DNA of 62,089 bases. Source: an uncultured Candidatus Saccharimonas sp. Lineage in GTDB: Bacteria > Patescibacteriota > Saccharimonadia > Saccharimonadales > Saccharimonadaceae. Shown piece after piece: positions 1 to 9,497 of this stretch. Position 1 is the stretch's first letter, and each line of letters starts with the position of its first letter. Under the pieces are notes generated by a model, which saw only the letters and a program-made list of their open reading frames with translations, had not been told where the DNA came from and made no database searches. The position numbers were made by a program, and so were the translations under genes. The stretch covers positions 1 through 62,089 of the forward strand of contig CAYQOL010000001.1 in assembly GCA_964419165.1 (NCBI GenBank), written 5' to 3'.

Positions 1-51
1 CTGCAATGCGTCAATTTCCGCGAACGGATCAAATCTTACGAGTTTTGCCAT
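1..51 (-). CDS. small heat-shock protein (Hsp20/alpha-crystallin family), first 17 codons only; gene runs off the left edge
   Basis: Reverse-strand ATG at 51..49, 6 nt after AAGGAGG (64..58). Translation MAKLVRFDPFAEIDALQ fits the usual Hsp20 N-terminal LVRxDPFxE..LQ pattern. Confidence 0.45.
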   Translation of the reverse strand, partial: MAKLVRFDPFAEIDALQ

Positions 52-178
52 AAAAGACCTCCTTTTAGTATTTTATAAATAACTCGAAGCTATTTATAAA
101 CCTCCTTTCCAAAAGCTTCTACCTATTATTATAAAAAAACTAAAAGATGGGTGTCAACTCGTAACACCGTGGAATAGT

Positions 179-553
179 CTATTTGACGGCAACTAATTCG
201 ATATCAAAAACTAAGTCCGAATTCGGAGGTATGTTACCGATGCTTCGCGAACCGTATGCCATTCCCGAAGGAATAAGCAACCTCCGCTTGCCACCAACTC
301 GCATACCAGGGACGCCTTTTGTCCAGCCGTTTATAACCTGACTAAGCCCGAATGTTGCCGGTTGGCCGACGTCATGTGAGCTTTGAAAAATAACGCCGCT
401 ATTCGCCAACGCTCCGGTATAATGAGCAGTTATTGTTGAATCCTGCTGCGCAACTTCGCCGTATCCCTGAACCAAATCAATAATCTTTAGATCCACGATT
501 AACCCTATGGGGTCAAAAGCAAACAATTTCGTACCTTCAAGTTTTTCGTTCAT
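179..553 (-). CDS. FKBP-type peptidyl-prolyl cis-trans isomerase
   Basis: 124 aa with the FKBP core (HYTG..G..FQSS...P..F.LG..VI.GW..G..GM..GG.R.L.IP...YG; C-terminal L.FDIELV). Ends in TAG at 179..181. Confidence 0.85.
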   Translation of the reverse strand: MNEKLEGTKLFAFDPIGLIVDLKIIDLVQGYGEVAQQDSTITAHYTGALANSGVIFQSSHDVGQPATFGLSQVINGWTKGVPGMRVGGKRRLLIPSGMAYGSRSIGNIPPNSDLVFDIELVAVK

Positions 554-590
554 ATATGTATTTTGTCATACATTTGCTATACTGTCATAT

Positions 591-1184
591 ATGAAATCAT
601 TGACTCTTAGTAAGCCGCGTCTGATAGTGATGGTTGGAATTCCTGGTTCAGGTAAAAGTTATTTCGCAGAACATTTTGCTAGTACGTTCAAAGCACCTAT
701 TGTTAGTTTTCATCGTTATCGATACGAACTTTTTAACGAACCTAATTTCAGTGAAGACGAGTGTGAAATTATTAGCAGAGTTGCGAATTATATGTTAGAC
801 GAATTATTAAAGACTGGAAGAACTATAATATACGAAGGTAAGTCTGACACCCGAAATGAACGTTTGATTATCGCAAAAAAATCAAGGGCAGCCGGCTATG
901 AACCGCTATTCGTGTGGGTACAAACAGACCCAGCAACAGCAAAAAGACGCGCTATAAAACCAAGCGACGGCCGCCCAGCGATGGCTTCCGACCAATTTGA
1001 TGCGTCAGTAAAAAAGTTCAACATACCTCATCAGATTGAAAAACCCGTCGTAATAAGCGGCAAGCATACTTATGCAAGTCAGTTGAAGATTGTCTTAAAG
1101 CGTTTAGTGGAACCTAGAACACAAGTCGAAAATCAAACAATGCAACCAAGAACGACAATAAACCGGAATTTTATGATTCGTTAG
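591..1184 (+). CDS. P-loop NTPase/kinase (AAA_33 / polynucleotide-kinase-like)
   Basis: Walker A GIPGSGKSY near the N-terminus. I moved the start to ATG 591, because the track start at 507 overlaps the FKBP gene and adds a non-protein-like extension. Confidence 0.6.
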   Translation: MKSLTLSKPRLIVMVGIPGSGKSYFAEHFASTFKAPIVSFHRYRYELFNEPNFSEDECEIISRVANYMLDELLKTGRTIIYEGKSDTRNERLIIAKKSRAAGYEPLFVWVQTDPATAKRRAIKPSDGRPAMASDQFDASVKKFNIPHQIEKPVVISGKHTYASQLKIVLKRLVEPRTQVENQTMQPRTTINRNFMIR

Positions 1185-1195
1185 AAAGAACGATT

Positions 1196-1891
1196 ATGCC
1201 GATAATTCAAGATGAAGAATTTGGCAAAATAACAATCCGTCGCAGCGCACAAGCTACCCAAGTCAAAGTCAGAGTAGCGCCTGACGGAACGTTACGCGCT
1301 TCTTTGCCGATGAAAGCGCCGATTTTTCTAGTCAAGCATCTACTGCGTTCATCAAGAAACGAATTAAGACAAATGCTTTCCAAATCAAAGCCGGGTTATC
1401 ATTATGAAGACGGTATGCAAATAGGTAAGAGCCACACTTTGATTATTCGTCACCATACCGGTTCGAACATCGACGTATCGCGTCATAACAGACAAATTAT
1501 CGTTGAATTACCCATAAATAACGACTTAAACGAAGCTCGCACAGTACGAAAAATACGAGAGGTAGTTATTCCAGCCCTTAGATTAGAGGCGAAAAGTTAT
1601 TTACCAAGGCGTCTATTATTCCTTTCCCAAAAATATGACTTGAAATATGAAAAAGTCCGTTTTTCTCATGCTAGCGGCAGGTGGGGGAGTTGCAGTAGCT
1701 CGGGAACAATAAGTTTAAATATTGCTCTTATGAAATTACCGTTCGAGTTGATTGACTACGTAATAATCCATGAGTTATCCCACACTGTACATATGAACCA
1801 TGGTTTTGAATTTTGGTCGCTTGTCGCACAAGCCGACCCGAACTATAAATCACACAGACGTATGTTGAAATCACAAAATCCGTCTGTATAA
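1196..1891 (+). CDS. YgjP/DUF45-type (M48-like) metal-dependent hydrolase
   Basis: 231 aa with a C-terminal HELSHTVHMNH (HExxH) motif in the RWGSC...I.LN..L context typical of YgjP-like proteins. Confidence 0.7.
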   Translation: MPIIQDEEFGKITIRRSAQATQVKVRVAPDGTLRASLPMKAPIFLVKHLLRSSRNELRQMLSKSKPGYHYEDGMQIGKSHTLIIRHHTGSNIDVSRHNRQIIVELPINNDLNEARTVRKIREVVIPALRLEAKSYLPRRLLFLSQKYDLKYEKVRFSHASGRWGSCSSSGTISLNIALMKLPFELIDYVIIHELSHTVHMNHGFEFWSLVAQADPNYKSHRRMLKSQNPSV

Positions 1892-1914
1892 TTCTTTTCG
1901 TTCGATGTATAATA

Positions 1915-3582
1915 ATGCGCAAGATGCATAAGGGTGGACCTTTGATTACTCCAAAGATGGCGCGGATATTCCGAGCCATTGCTATGTTCATACCGATTAT
2001 TCTACTTTCTTACGGCTTACTGATACATCTGGGTTATATAGAATCATCGAACGAAATTAATCTGATTGGTCTTTTTGTTTTTACCTTCTGGTGGTCATGT
2101 GTTCTGATAATACAATTTCTGTTTCCCGTCGGTTCTAAGTTTGATATATTTCTAAGATTATTAGCTGTTCATCTTTTAGTAGGCTCTTATTTATTATTCT
2201 ATTCGGGAATAGTATCGCCTTTTATCGGAGGTTGTTTATTAATGATGCTCGCGTCATATCTTTGTTTTTCATATAAAGGGCTGCACTTAAGTACGCTTTC
2301 TTTTTTGGCAATAGTATTCTTTGATATATTGGCATGGAATCAAAACAATATTCTAATTGTCAAATATGATTTACTAGCCGCAATAGCGATATTGATTACT
2401 AACATTCTGATACTTAGCTACAGCTACACTAACAAATCAAAGGGCAATAACAAGGCTGAGTTGATACGAAGTAAGGCACGTGAATCTTTGCAACAGGATC
2501 GCATCTCTACGATTATAAACAATATGACCGATGCATTAATAAGTACCGACGCTAACGGCAATATCGTAATTTATAATGCCGCGAGCCTAAACATTCTAGA
2601 CACCAACATAAACCTAGAGGGTCATAGTATTGACGAAATACTGCCATTAACTGATCAAAGCGGTAAAAAGATTATCTTGTCGGAGGAATTCAAAAAAGCT
2701 AAGACGACCGTCAAACGTGATGATTTAGACTACAAAATCAGCGTTGACGAAAAAATGCGTCTGGAAGTTACATTTTCTCCGATTCGAAGCAGTTTCAATC
2801 ATATCAAGAACATTAGAAACGGTTACATCATATTGATGCGCGACATAACCAAAGCCAAAAGCCTAGAAGAAGAGCGTGACGAATTCATTAGTGTTGTCAG
2901 CCACGAATTAAGAACGCCTATAGCTATCGCCGAGGGAACAATATCGAACGTACTTATGATGTTTGACCACAAAGACGTTACAAAGAAAATGATGAAAGAC
3001 AGTGCCAAAACCGCTCACGAACAGATATTATTCTTGTCCAGTATGGTAAATGACCTCAGTACGCTATCACGAGCCGAACGGGGAGTGGCGGGTACCACCG
3101 AATTGATAGATGTCACCGAACTGGCGCATAAATTGTTCGGGAAATATCAACCAGAAGCTTTAGAGAAAAAACTGACTTTGAATTTAGATTTATCACCTAA
3201 ATTAGGAAAAGTAAACGTCAGCAGGCTATACCTTGAAGAATTATTACAAAACTTCATTACAAATGCGATTAAATACACAAAAAAAGGCAACGTAGACATT
3301 ATCATTAAACAAGAAAACGGTTCAATTAAGTTTTTAATCAAGGACAGTGGTATTGGTATTTCAAAAAGCGATCAGGTAAAAGTATTCGATAAATTTTTCC
3401 GTAGCGAAGATTATCGTACTCGCGAGACAGGCGGAACTGGGTTGGGGCTATATATCGCCGCAAAACTAGCTCACAAGATGGGCGTAAAAATTCAGTTGAC
3501 AAGCCGCTTGAATTTCGGCTCGACGTTCAGTTTTTCCGTTCCTGAGGTCAAAGACCCATCCGGCTTGACTGATAAGAAATGA
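1915..3582 (+). CDS. membrane sensor histidine kinase with PAS-like domain
   Basis: Hydrophobic N-terminal half. H-box SHELRTPIA, N-box ITNAIKYT, G-boxes DSGIGI and GGTGLGLYIA. The exact start is uncertain (ATGs at 1915, 1924, 1957). Confidence 0.8.
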   Translation: MRKMHKGGPLITPKMARIFRAIAMFIPIILLSYGLLIHLGYIESSNEINLIGLFVFTFWWSCVLIIQFLFPVGSKFDIFLRLLAVHLLVGSYLLFYSGIVSPFIGGCLLMMLASYLCFSYKGLHLSTLSFLAIVFFDILAWNQNNILIVKYDLLAAIAILITNILILSYSYTNKSKGNNKAELIRSKARESLQQDRISTIINNMTDALISTDANGNIVIYNAASLNILDTNINLEGHSIDEILPLTDQSGKKIILSEEFKKAKTTVKRDDLDYKISVDEKMRLEVTFSPIRSSFNHIKNIRNGYIILMRDITKAKSLEEERDEFISVVSHELRTPIAIAEGTISNVLMMFDHKDVTKKMMKDSAKTAHEQILFLSSMVNDLSTLSRAERGVAGTTELIDVTELAHKLFGKYQPEALEKKLTLNLDLSPKLGKVNVSRLYLEELLQNFITNAIKYTKKGNVDIIIKQENGSIKFLIKDSGIGISKSDQVKVFDKFFRSEDYRTRETGGTGLGLYIAAKLAHKMGVKIQLTSRLNFGSTFSFSVPEVKDPSGLTDKK

Positions 3583-3641
3583 TGATGTATATTTGTACTT
3601 GACAGTCTGCTTAGCAGACTTATTAATTTGGGAGCAAGATT

Positions 3642-3914
3642 GTGGCCAAAAAAGAAAAGACGAACAAAGATAAATTTATCAAATTAAAAAATATAAAAAT
3701 GCCGAAATTCGTCATATTTATATTCAAGCCTTTCGTGTCGGTAGGTTTGTATTTTAAAAATTCATGGCTGGAGTTACAGCAAGTCCGATGGCCTGATCGC
3801 AAAATGACTTGGAGTATGACTTTGGCGGTAATACTTTTCTCGGTGTTTTTCATTACGCTAATTTTGATTCTCGATGAATTATTTAATCTGTTATTCAAAT
3901 TTATTATCAAGTAA
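3642..3914 (+). CDS. secE: preprotein translocase subunit SecE
   Basis: 90 aa with one C-terminal TM and the WLELQQVRWPDRK motif. Sits immediately upstream of nusG, the conserved secE-nusG-rplK order. Confidence 0.7.
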   Translation: MAKKEKTNKDKFIKLKNIKMPKFVIFIFKPFVSVGLYFKNSWLELQQVRWPDRKMTWSMTLAVILFSVFFITLILILDELFNLLFKFIIK

Positions 3915-3923
3915 GGAATTATT

Positions 3924-4472
3924 ATGACAAAAAGTAGATACTCAGACACTTCAAGGAAATGGTACGCTATTCACACATATAGCGGATACGAAGAAAAAGT
4001 CGCAGAAAACATCAGACAGCGCATTAATGCCGTTGATATGGCCGACAAGATTTTCGATGTAATGGTACCGAAAGAAAAACAAATTGAAATTAAAAATGGC
4101 AAGCGCAAGGTAGTCGAGAAGAAAATATTCCAAGGCTATGCCCTTGTAGAGATGAAATTAACAGACGAGACTTGGTATATTATCCGTAATACCCCAGGCG
4201 TAACGGGATTCGTGGGTACCAGTACCGAGCCAACGCCAGTATCAGATAGCGAAATATCTAAAATCAAGAAGCGAATGGGAGTCGAAGAACCAAAACATCA
4301 TATCGACTTTACCGTTGGTGAGGTTGTAAGTATTACTGACGGTCCTTTCCGTGGATTCGACGGCTCGATATCAGAAATAGACAATCAAAAAGGCAAGGTC
4401 AAGGTAATGGTCAGTATGTTCGGACGGGATACATCCGTCGAACTTGACGCTTTACAGGTAAGTAAGGTATAA
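3924..4472 (+). CDS. nusG: transcription termination/antitermination factor NusG
   Basis: WYAIHTYSGYE NGN start and a C-terminal KOW (GEVVSITDGPFRGFDG.I). Confidence 0.9.
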   Translation: MTKSRYSDTSRKWYAIHTYSGYEEKVAENIRQRINAVDMADKIFDVMVPKEKQIEIKNGKRKVVEKKIFQGYALVEMKLTDETWYIIRNTPGVTGFVGTSTEPTPVSDSEISKIKKRMGVEEPKHHIDFTVGEVVSITDGPFRGFDGSISEIDNQKGKVKVMVSMFGRDTSVELDALQVSKV

Positions 4473-4520
4473 TACCCCAGTTACGCACTCGCTAATAACG
4501 AGTCAAAAGGATTAAATTAT

Positions 4521-4946
4521 ATGGCAAAAAAAATTATTGGAAATTTGAAACTACGCATTCCTGCCGGACGTGCTACCGCCGGACCTCCGGTCGGTTCGAC
4601 ACTGGGTCAATGGGGCCTGAATATGATGGATTTTATCAATCCTTTCAATGAAGCTACCAAGGATCTAATGGGCAAGGATGTTATCGTCCATCTGCAAGTA
4701 TTCGAAGACCGCACTTTCACATGGAAGTGCCTAGGTCAACCAGTAGATGAACTAATCAAAGAACGAATCAAAATTCAAAAAGGCAGCGGCAAACCGCACG
4801 TCGAAAAAGTCGGCAAGATTACCCGTGCCCAATTGGAAGAAATCGCCGAAATTAAAAAAGACCAATTGAACGCCATCGATATGGATGGACGAGTCAAAGT
4901 AATCGCCGGCACTGCCAGGTCAATGGGCGTCGAAGTCGTCGAATAA
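4521..4946 (+). CDS. rplK: 50S ribosomal protein L11
   Basis: The motifs LRIPAGRATAGPPVGSTLGQ.G and ARSMG.EV are diagnostic for L11. Confidence 0.95.
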   Translation: MAKKIIGNLKLRIPAGRATAGPPVGSTLGQWGLNMMDFINPFNEATKDLMGKDVIVHLQVFEDRTFTWKCLGQPVDELIKERIKIQKGSGKPHVEKVGKITRAQLEEIAEIKKDQLNAIDMDGRVKVIAGTARSMGVEVVE

Positions 4947-4965
4947 TATATCACGTGGTTTTATT

Positions 4966-4991
4966 ATCGCAGCAACGCTGCGATATTTTTA
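4966..4991 (+). terminator. intrinsic terminator after rplK
   Basis: Hairpin ATCGCAGC-AAC-GCTGCGAT followed by ATTTTTATT. Confidence 0.6.
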
Positions 4992-5023
4992 TTGAAAGAA
5001 AATTCATTTGACCGGATTAATTA

Positions 5024-5069
5024 TTATGATATCATAACATTCATTACATCATAATCATGATGTAATGAA
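5024..5069. promoter_or_regulatory. two adjacent palindromes (candidate operator sites) upstream of the orphan ORF
   Basis: Perfect 14-nt palindrome TTATGATATCATAA (5024..5037). Also 13-bp inverted arms TTCATTACATCAT-AATC-ATGATGTAATGAA (5040..5069). Both contain ATGAT/ATCAT half-sites. Confidence 0.3.
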
Positions 5070-5133
5070 CTTAGAAATCGGATCATTATAGTGCACGTAT
5101 ATTATATTATCAAATATTTTAGGGGGTATTGTG

Positions 5134-5553
5134 ATGGCAAAACAGAGTCGGCTAGAGCATTCGCAAAGTTATTCAGAAGAAAGGCAGAGAAAAATACTAC
5201 AGGAAATCAGAACATCCCTTCAGGAAACCGCTTCAAGCTTAGTCAACTACAACATGTATTACGGCGAACTAGTTAGCTATTTTGGGCCAATTGTCGTCAA
5301 TGTGACCAACGAAGGAAGAACACTAGTTGTCGTATGCCAAAATGAACATCCTAACATTCGGAAAATATTTTCGATCCTTCGAGTCGACGTAAACTTTTCC
5401 AAGATTGGTAAAGAGTTACAGCTTTACAGAAGCTCAAACAACGATGTGATTCGTATGACACTAGAAGAACGCAGAAAGTTCATCAGAAAATGTCGGGATG
5501 AAATTCGAATATACCATGTACCACTTAAATATTTGAGAGAAGCGAGCACATAA
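5134..5553 (+). CDS. hypothetical protein (139 aa) inserted between rplK and rplA
   Basis: SD AGGGGG (5121..5126) lies 7 nt before ATG 5134. No motif I recognise. Flanked by hairpin terminators on both sides. Confidence 0.5.
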   Translation: MAKQSRLEHSQSYSEERQRKILQEIRTSLQETASSLVNYNMYYGELVSYFGPIVVNVTNEGRTLVVVCQNEHPNIRKIFSILRVDVNFSKIGKELQLYRSSNNDVIRMTLEERRKFIRKCRDEIRIYHVPLKYLREAST

Positions 5554-5756
5554 ATATTTCCGCAGAGGCCGTTTCCACGGACTCTCCAAGCCCCCTTTCG
5601 CAAATTATGACTGGGGGCTCAATTAATTTATTTCAATGTCGCTATGGCCATATTTATATTATTATGCTAGAATATATAAATTAATATCAATGTTGGGACC
5701 GTTTGTTTATTTGCCGTCCGGCTAACAATACGGGTTTGTACCACAGAAAGGATAAA

Positions 5757-6743
5757 ATGACTAAAAAGTCAGATCTATTAGAACAAGCAAATAAGCTCGG
5801 TTTAGAAATTACCGAGAAGAATACGATTGCCGAAATCGAAGCAGCAATAGTAAAAGCAGGCGAAACCGTAGAAGTCGAGGAACCAAAAGTTGCCAAGGCT
5901 GGTAAGCGCAGCGAAAAGGCTATAGCCGAAATCGAAGCCAAGCTCGAAAAAGAAGCTCGCAAAGAAGCCCGTGACACAACCCCTCAATCCGAGGATGCAA
6001 AAGCCGCTCCAACCACCAAAAAATGCCCAAAACCAGTTACTCGTCCGAAAATCGAACGCCGCGGCAAAAATTACCGTAAAGTCGCCGAACTGATCGAAAA
6101 GAACAAAGTATATTCACTATCCGAAGCTATGGAACTAGCAACCAAAACAAGTCCTTCGAAATTCGATGCCAGCATTGAAGTCCATTGCCGTTTGGGCGTC
6201 GATCCGCGCCAAGCCGACCAGAATATCCGCGCTACAGTCGTTTTACCAAACGGAACCGGTAAAACCGTCCGAGTCGCCGTCTTTGCTCCTGAGACCGAAC
6301 ATACGGCAGCCAAGAAATCCGGAGCTGATATAGTTGGCGACGAAGACTTCCTGAAACAGCTCGACAAAGAAGAACTAAATTTTGACATTCTAGTCGCGAC
6401 ACCGCAATATATGCCGAAACTCGGCAAATACGCACGTTTATTAGGTCCGCGTGGCCTAATGCCTAATCCTAAAAGTGGCACTGTCGCAGCTAACGTCGCC
6501 AAAGCCGTAATTGAAGCTAAAGCCGGCAAAGTCGAATATCGCGTTGACAAGCAAGCTATCGTTCACCTTGCGGTTGGTAAAGTTTCTTTTGGAGCCTTAA
6601 AACTTGAAGAAAATGCCAAAGCATTCTTTGAAAGCCTAAAAAACCAGAAGCCCACCGGATTAAAGGGTATCTATGTCAAATCTATTGCAATCAGTACCAC
6701 ACAGGGCCCATCAGTCAAAGTTGAAAACACGTTAGTAAATTAA
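5757..6743 (+). CDS. rplA: 50S ribosomal protein L1 with a roughly 100-aa N-terminal extension
   Basis: From residue ~101 (RRGKNYRK...) the sequence is canonical L1 (LLGPRGLMPNPKSGTV, GKVEYRVDK). SD AAAGGA lies 5 nt before ATG 5757. There is no in-frame start nearer the L1 core. Confidence 0.9.
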   Translation: MTKKSDLLEQANKLGLEITEKNTIAEIEAAIVKAGETVEVEEPKVAKAGKRSEKAIAEIEAKLEKEARKEARDTTPQSEDAKAAPTTKKCPKPVTRPKIERRGKNYRKVAELIEKNKVYSLSEAMELATKTSPSKFDASIEVHCRLGVDPRQADQNIRATVVLPNGTGKTVRVAVFAPETEHTAAKKSGADIVGDEDFLKQLDKEELNFDILVATPQYMPKLGKYARLLGPRGLMPNPKSGTVAANVAKAVIEAKAGKVEYRVDKQAIVHLAVGKVSFGALKLEENAKAFFESLKNQKPTGLKGIYVKSIAISTTQGPSVKVENTLVN

Positions 6744-6800
6744 TATAGGTTGATTCTTTTTAACATAAGAGGTTTAATTAGATTTGGTATCAATATTATT

Positions 6801-7622
6801 ATGAAAATTACTAAAGCGATAATTCCTGTAGCGGGATGGGGAACCAGACGCCTACCAATCACGAAAACATTGGAAAAGTGTATGATGCCCGTTGGCAACC
6901 GACCTGTTATTGATTATGTAGTACAGGATTGCATAAAAGCCGGTATTACGGACATATATTTCATTATTAACGAACAAAGCACGCAGCTAAGGGATTATTA
7001 TCGTACGAACATAGATTTGAACGATTACTTGCGACGAAATGGCAAGGAAAATCTATTGGGGTTAATTAAACCGCCAATGAACATTAATTTGCATTACATC
7101 ACCCAATCCAGTTACGGAAAATACGGCACCGCAATACCCGTAAGCCTAGCTTATTCCCAAATTAACGAAGGCGAGTCCGTGGCCGTACTAATGGGCGATG
7201 ATTTTATATACAGAAGAGACGATAAATCCGAACTTGCCAGACTAATCGAAGCAGCCGGAGATGACTCAGCCATTTTGACCGTGCCAATACCAAAAGAAGA
7301 GGTGTATAAATACGGCGTTATCGAGTCAAATGAATACGGTGAATTCGTACAAATAGTTGAGAGGCCCGCCCCCGAAAATGCTCCCAGTAACAAGATTAAC
7401 GTCAGTAAATACGTCTTGAACTACAACGCTTTAAGCATAATAGAGCATTACTCCGAACAAGAGCTCAAATCAGGCGAATACCAAATAATTGATCCTATCA
7501 ATCAATACGTATCAAGCGGCGGTATATTGAGAGTAGTCGACGCAGAAGGCGAGTATTTGGACAGCGGGACAGTTCAAAGCTGGTTGAAAGCAAACGAGAC
7601 TGTAATAAAAGACATCTACTAA
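6801..7622 (+). CDS. galU: UTP--glucose-1-phosphate uridylyltransferase-like sugar nucleotidyltransferase
   Basis: The N-terminus KAIIPVAGWGTRRLPITK matches the GalU signature (A.IP.AG.GTR.LP.TK). Start taken at ATG 6801. Confidence 0.75.
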   Translation: MKITKAIIPVAGWGTRRLPITKTLEKCMMPVGNRPVIDYVVQDCIKAGITDIYFIINEQSTQLRDYYRTNIDLNDYLRRNGKENLLGLIKPPMNINLHYITQSSYGKYGTAIPVSLAYSQINEGESVAVLMGDDFIYRRDDKSELARLIEAAGDDSAILTVPIPKEEVYKYGVIESNEYGEFVQIVERPAPENAPSNKINVSKYVLNYNALSIIEHYSEQELKSGEYQIIDPINQYVSSGGILRVVDAEGEYLDSGTVQSWLKANETVIKDIY

Positions 7623-8125
7623 TTTAGATTGTTGCGTTCATATATCACGAAGTCGTAATCATACGAATTCAAATCATCAGCAAAATGTTTTTCACGGCTT
7701 ACTTCCTGCCAAGTATCTTTATCTATAGTGGGAAAGAATATTTCCGCATTCTCGAACAAAGTATTTACTTCGGTTGCATATATCCTATCGGCCGTAGGAA
7801 GCGCGGTCGAGTATACTTTTCCTCCGCCAATCACGAACACTTCTCGATCATCCGCGACTAACTCGTAGGCCGATCCCAAACTGTCAACGACTTCAAACCC
7901 GTCTATATTTTCCGGTCTATCACTAATGATTATGTTTCGACGATCCGGCAAAGGTCTGCCGATTGATTTATAGGTATTGTAGCCCATAATAACCGTATGA
8001 CCGAACGTAATATCCTTGAAATGTTTTAAATCTCCGGGCATAGACCGACCCCATAACAAATCGTTGCCTGCTCCAATACCATAATTTTTGTCGTATGCCA
8101 CGATGATTGACTTCATAAAATCCAT
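7619..8125 (-). CDS. folA: dihydrofolate reductase
   Basis: IVAYDKNYGIG..N.LLW....D.K.FK..T.GH.VIMG..TY.S....LP.R.NII.S and VIGG..VY motifs. TAG stop at 7619..7621. Confidence 0.85.
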   Translation of the reverse strand: MDFMKSIIVAYDKNYGIGAGNDLLWGRSMPGDLKHFKDITFGHTVIMGYNTYKSIGRPLPDRRNIIISDRPENIDGFEVVDSLGSAYELVADDREVFVIGGGKVYSTALPTADRIYATEVNTLFENAEIFFPTIDKDTWQEVSREKHFADDLNSYDYDFVIYERNNLN

Positions 8126-8306
8126 ATTAACATAATTCCTTAACAGACTATTATGTATTTACTTTTGCGCAAATGTTATTCATAATTATTCAAGTAATAA
8201 GAGAGGGTATTTATGGATAAAGACGAAACAAAGGCTGACGGATATTACGACGAAACTATCGATGAATCCGGAGAAGATTTCGATCTCAGCTTTTTAGACG
8301 AAAAAG

Positions 8307-9482
8307 ATGAGTCGTAACAAGACTGACAAAAAAGTAGCACTAGTCGTACCGCATATATTTCTACACCGCGACATCTTGCCGGACGTGATTTTTTCGCCCG
8401 GCATTCTTGCTATCAAATTAGCTGAAGGGCTTGAGCATTGCGACATCGACGTTACTTTATTCACGCCAGGACCAATTGATTCGACAGTAAAAAACATATC
8501 GGCCGATATGAGTTACTTTGAAGCCGAACTTAACGCCCGCGGCGACTCATATTTGGATTTACTCAAGAAACACCCGTCCGTTTTCGTCTCCCTTGCGCGC
8601 CAAGTCCAATCGGAAATCATAGCAAAAGCTTATGACATTGCGAACAAAGACGGCTTTGATTTGGTTCATATATACACCAACGAAGAAGATATTGCTTTAC
8701 CGTTTTCAAAATTATGCAGAAAACCAGTAATCTTCACGCATCACGACCCATTTAATTTTTTAATCCGTTATCGCAGTATTTTTCCGAAATATCCCGATTT
8801 GAATTACGTATCTTTTTCAATTTCTCAACGAAAGTCTATGCCCCAAAATACCAACTGGATCGCAAATATCTACCACGGACTTGATGAAAAAGGTTTTGAA
8901 TATTTCGATAAGGCCGACGGCGATTACGTCGCCTTTCTGGGCAGAATAATCGAACCGAAAGGCGTACATCTTGCAATCGAAGCCGTAAATAAACATAACC
9001 TAGTTAACAATACGAACTTGAAATTAAAGATTGCCGGTAAACATTACTCCGATACTAGCAAAGATGACTATTGGCAAAAAATAATCCAACCTAAACTAAG
9101 TCCGAATATCGAATACGTCGGTTTCATCAAAGAGACAAAAGATAAAAATGAATTCTTAGGACGGGCCAAAGCACTGATTGTTCCGTCGACGTTCGATGAG
9201 CCTTTCGGTATGGTTATGATAGAGGCTTTGGCTAGCGGTACGCCGCTAATCGGTCTGAATAGTGGTTCAATTCCTGAAATTATTAATCAAAATAACGGTA
9301 TATTGGTGGTTAAGGATGCTAACGAAGAAATCACAACAGAACGCTTGTCACTTGCAATTACTCAAGCTGGATCAATAAATCGTCAAGCTTGCAGAGAAGA
9401 TTTCGAAAAACGCTTCACTATAAGTCGGATGTGCCGTAACTACGCCGATACTTACGAAAGATTAATTAATGAATCGAGCTAA
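8307..9482 (+). CDS. glycosyltransferase, GT-B fold (GT4-like)
   Basis: C-terminal FLGRA.ALIVPS..DEPFG.V.IEALA.GTP.I is the GT4 E-x7-E region. Confidence 0.75.
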   Translation: MSRNKTDKKVALVVPHIFLHRDILPDVIFSPGILAIKLAEGLEHCDIDVTLFTPGPIDSTVKNISADMSYFEAELNARGDSYLDLLKKHPSVFVSLARQVQSEIIAKAYDIANKDGFDLVHIYTNEEDIALPFSKLCRKPVIFTHHDPFNFLIRYRSIFPKYPDLNYVSFSISQRKSMPQNTNWIANIYHGLDEKGFEYFDKADGDYVAFLGRIIEPKGVHLAIEAVNKHNLVNNTNLKLKIAGKHYSDTSKDDYWQKIIQPKLSPNIEYVGFIKETKDKNEFLGRAKALIVPSTFDEPFGMVMIEALASGTPLIGLNSGSIPEIINQNNGILVVKDANEEITTERLSLAITQAGSINRQACREDFEKRFTISRMCRNYADTYERLINESS

Positions 9483-9497
9483 CCCAAATAATCATTA

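Noticed and set aside
507-590. N-terminal 28 codons of track ORF 507..1184
   Set aside because: This stretch overlaps the 5' end of the FKBP gene on the other strand and translates to a non-protein-like peptide. ATG 591 lies just before the P-loop domain and is the better start.
8213-8317. 34-codon acidic mini-ORF (MDKDETKADGYYDETIDESGEDFDLSFLDEKDES) with SD GAGAGGG, overlapping the glycosyltransferase start
   Set aside because: It is plausible as an upstream or leader ORF, but it is too short and compositionally simple to support from sequence alone. I have not listed it as a feature.
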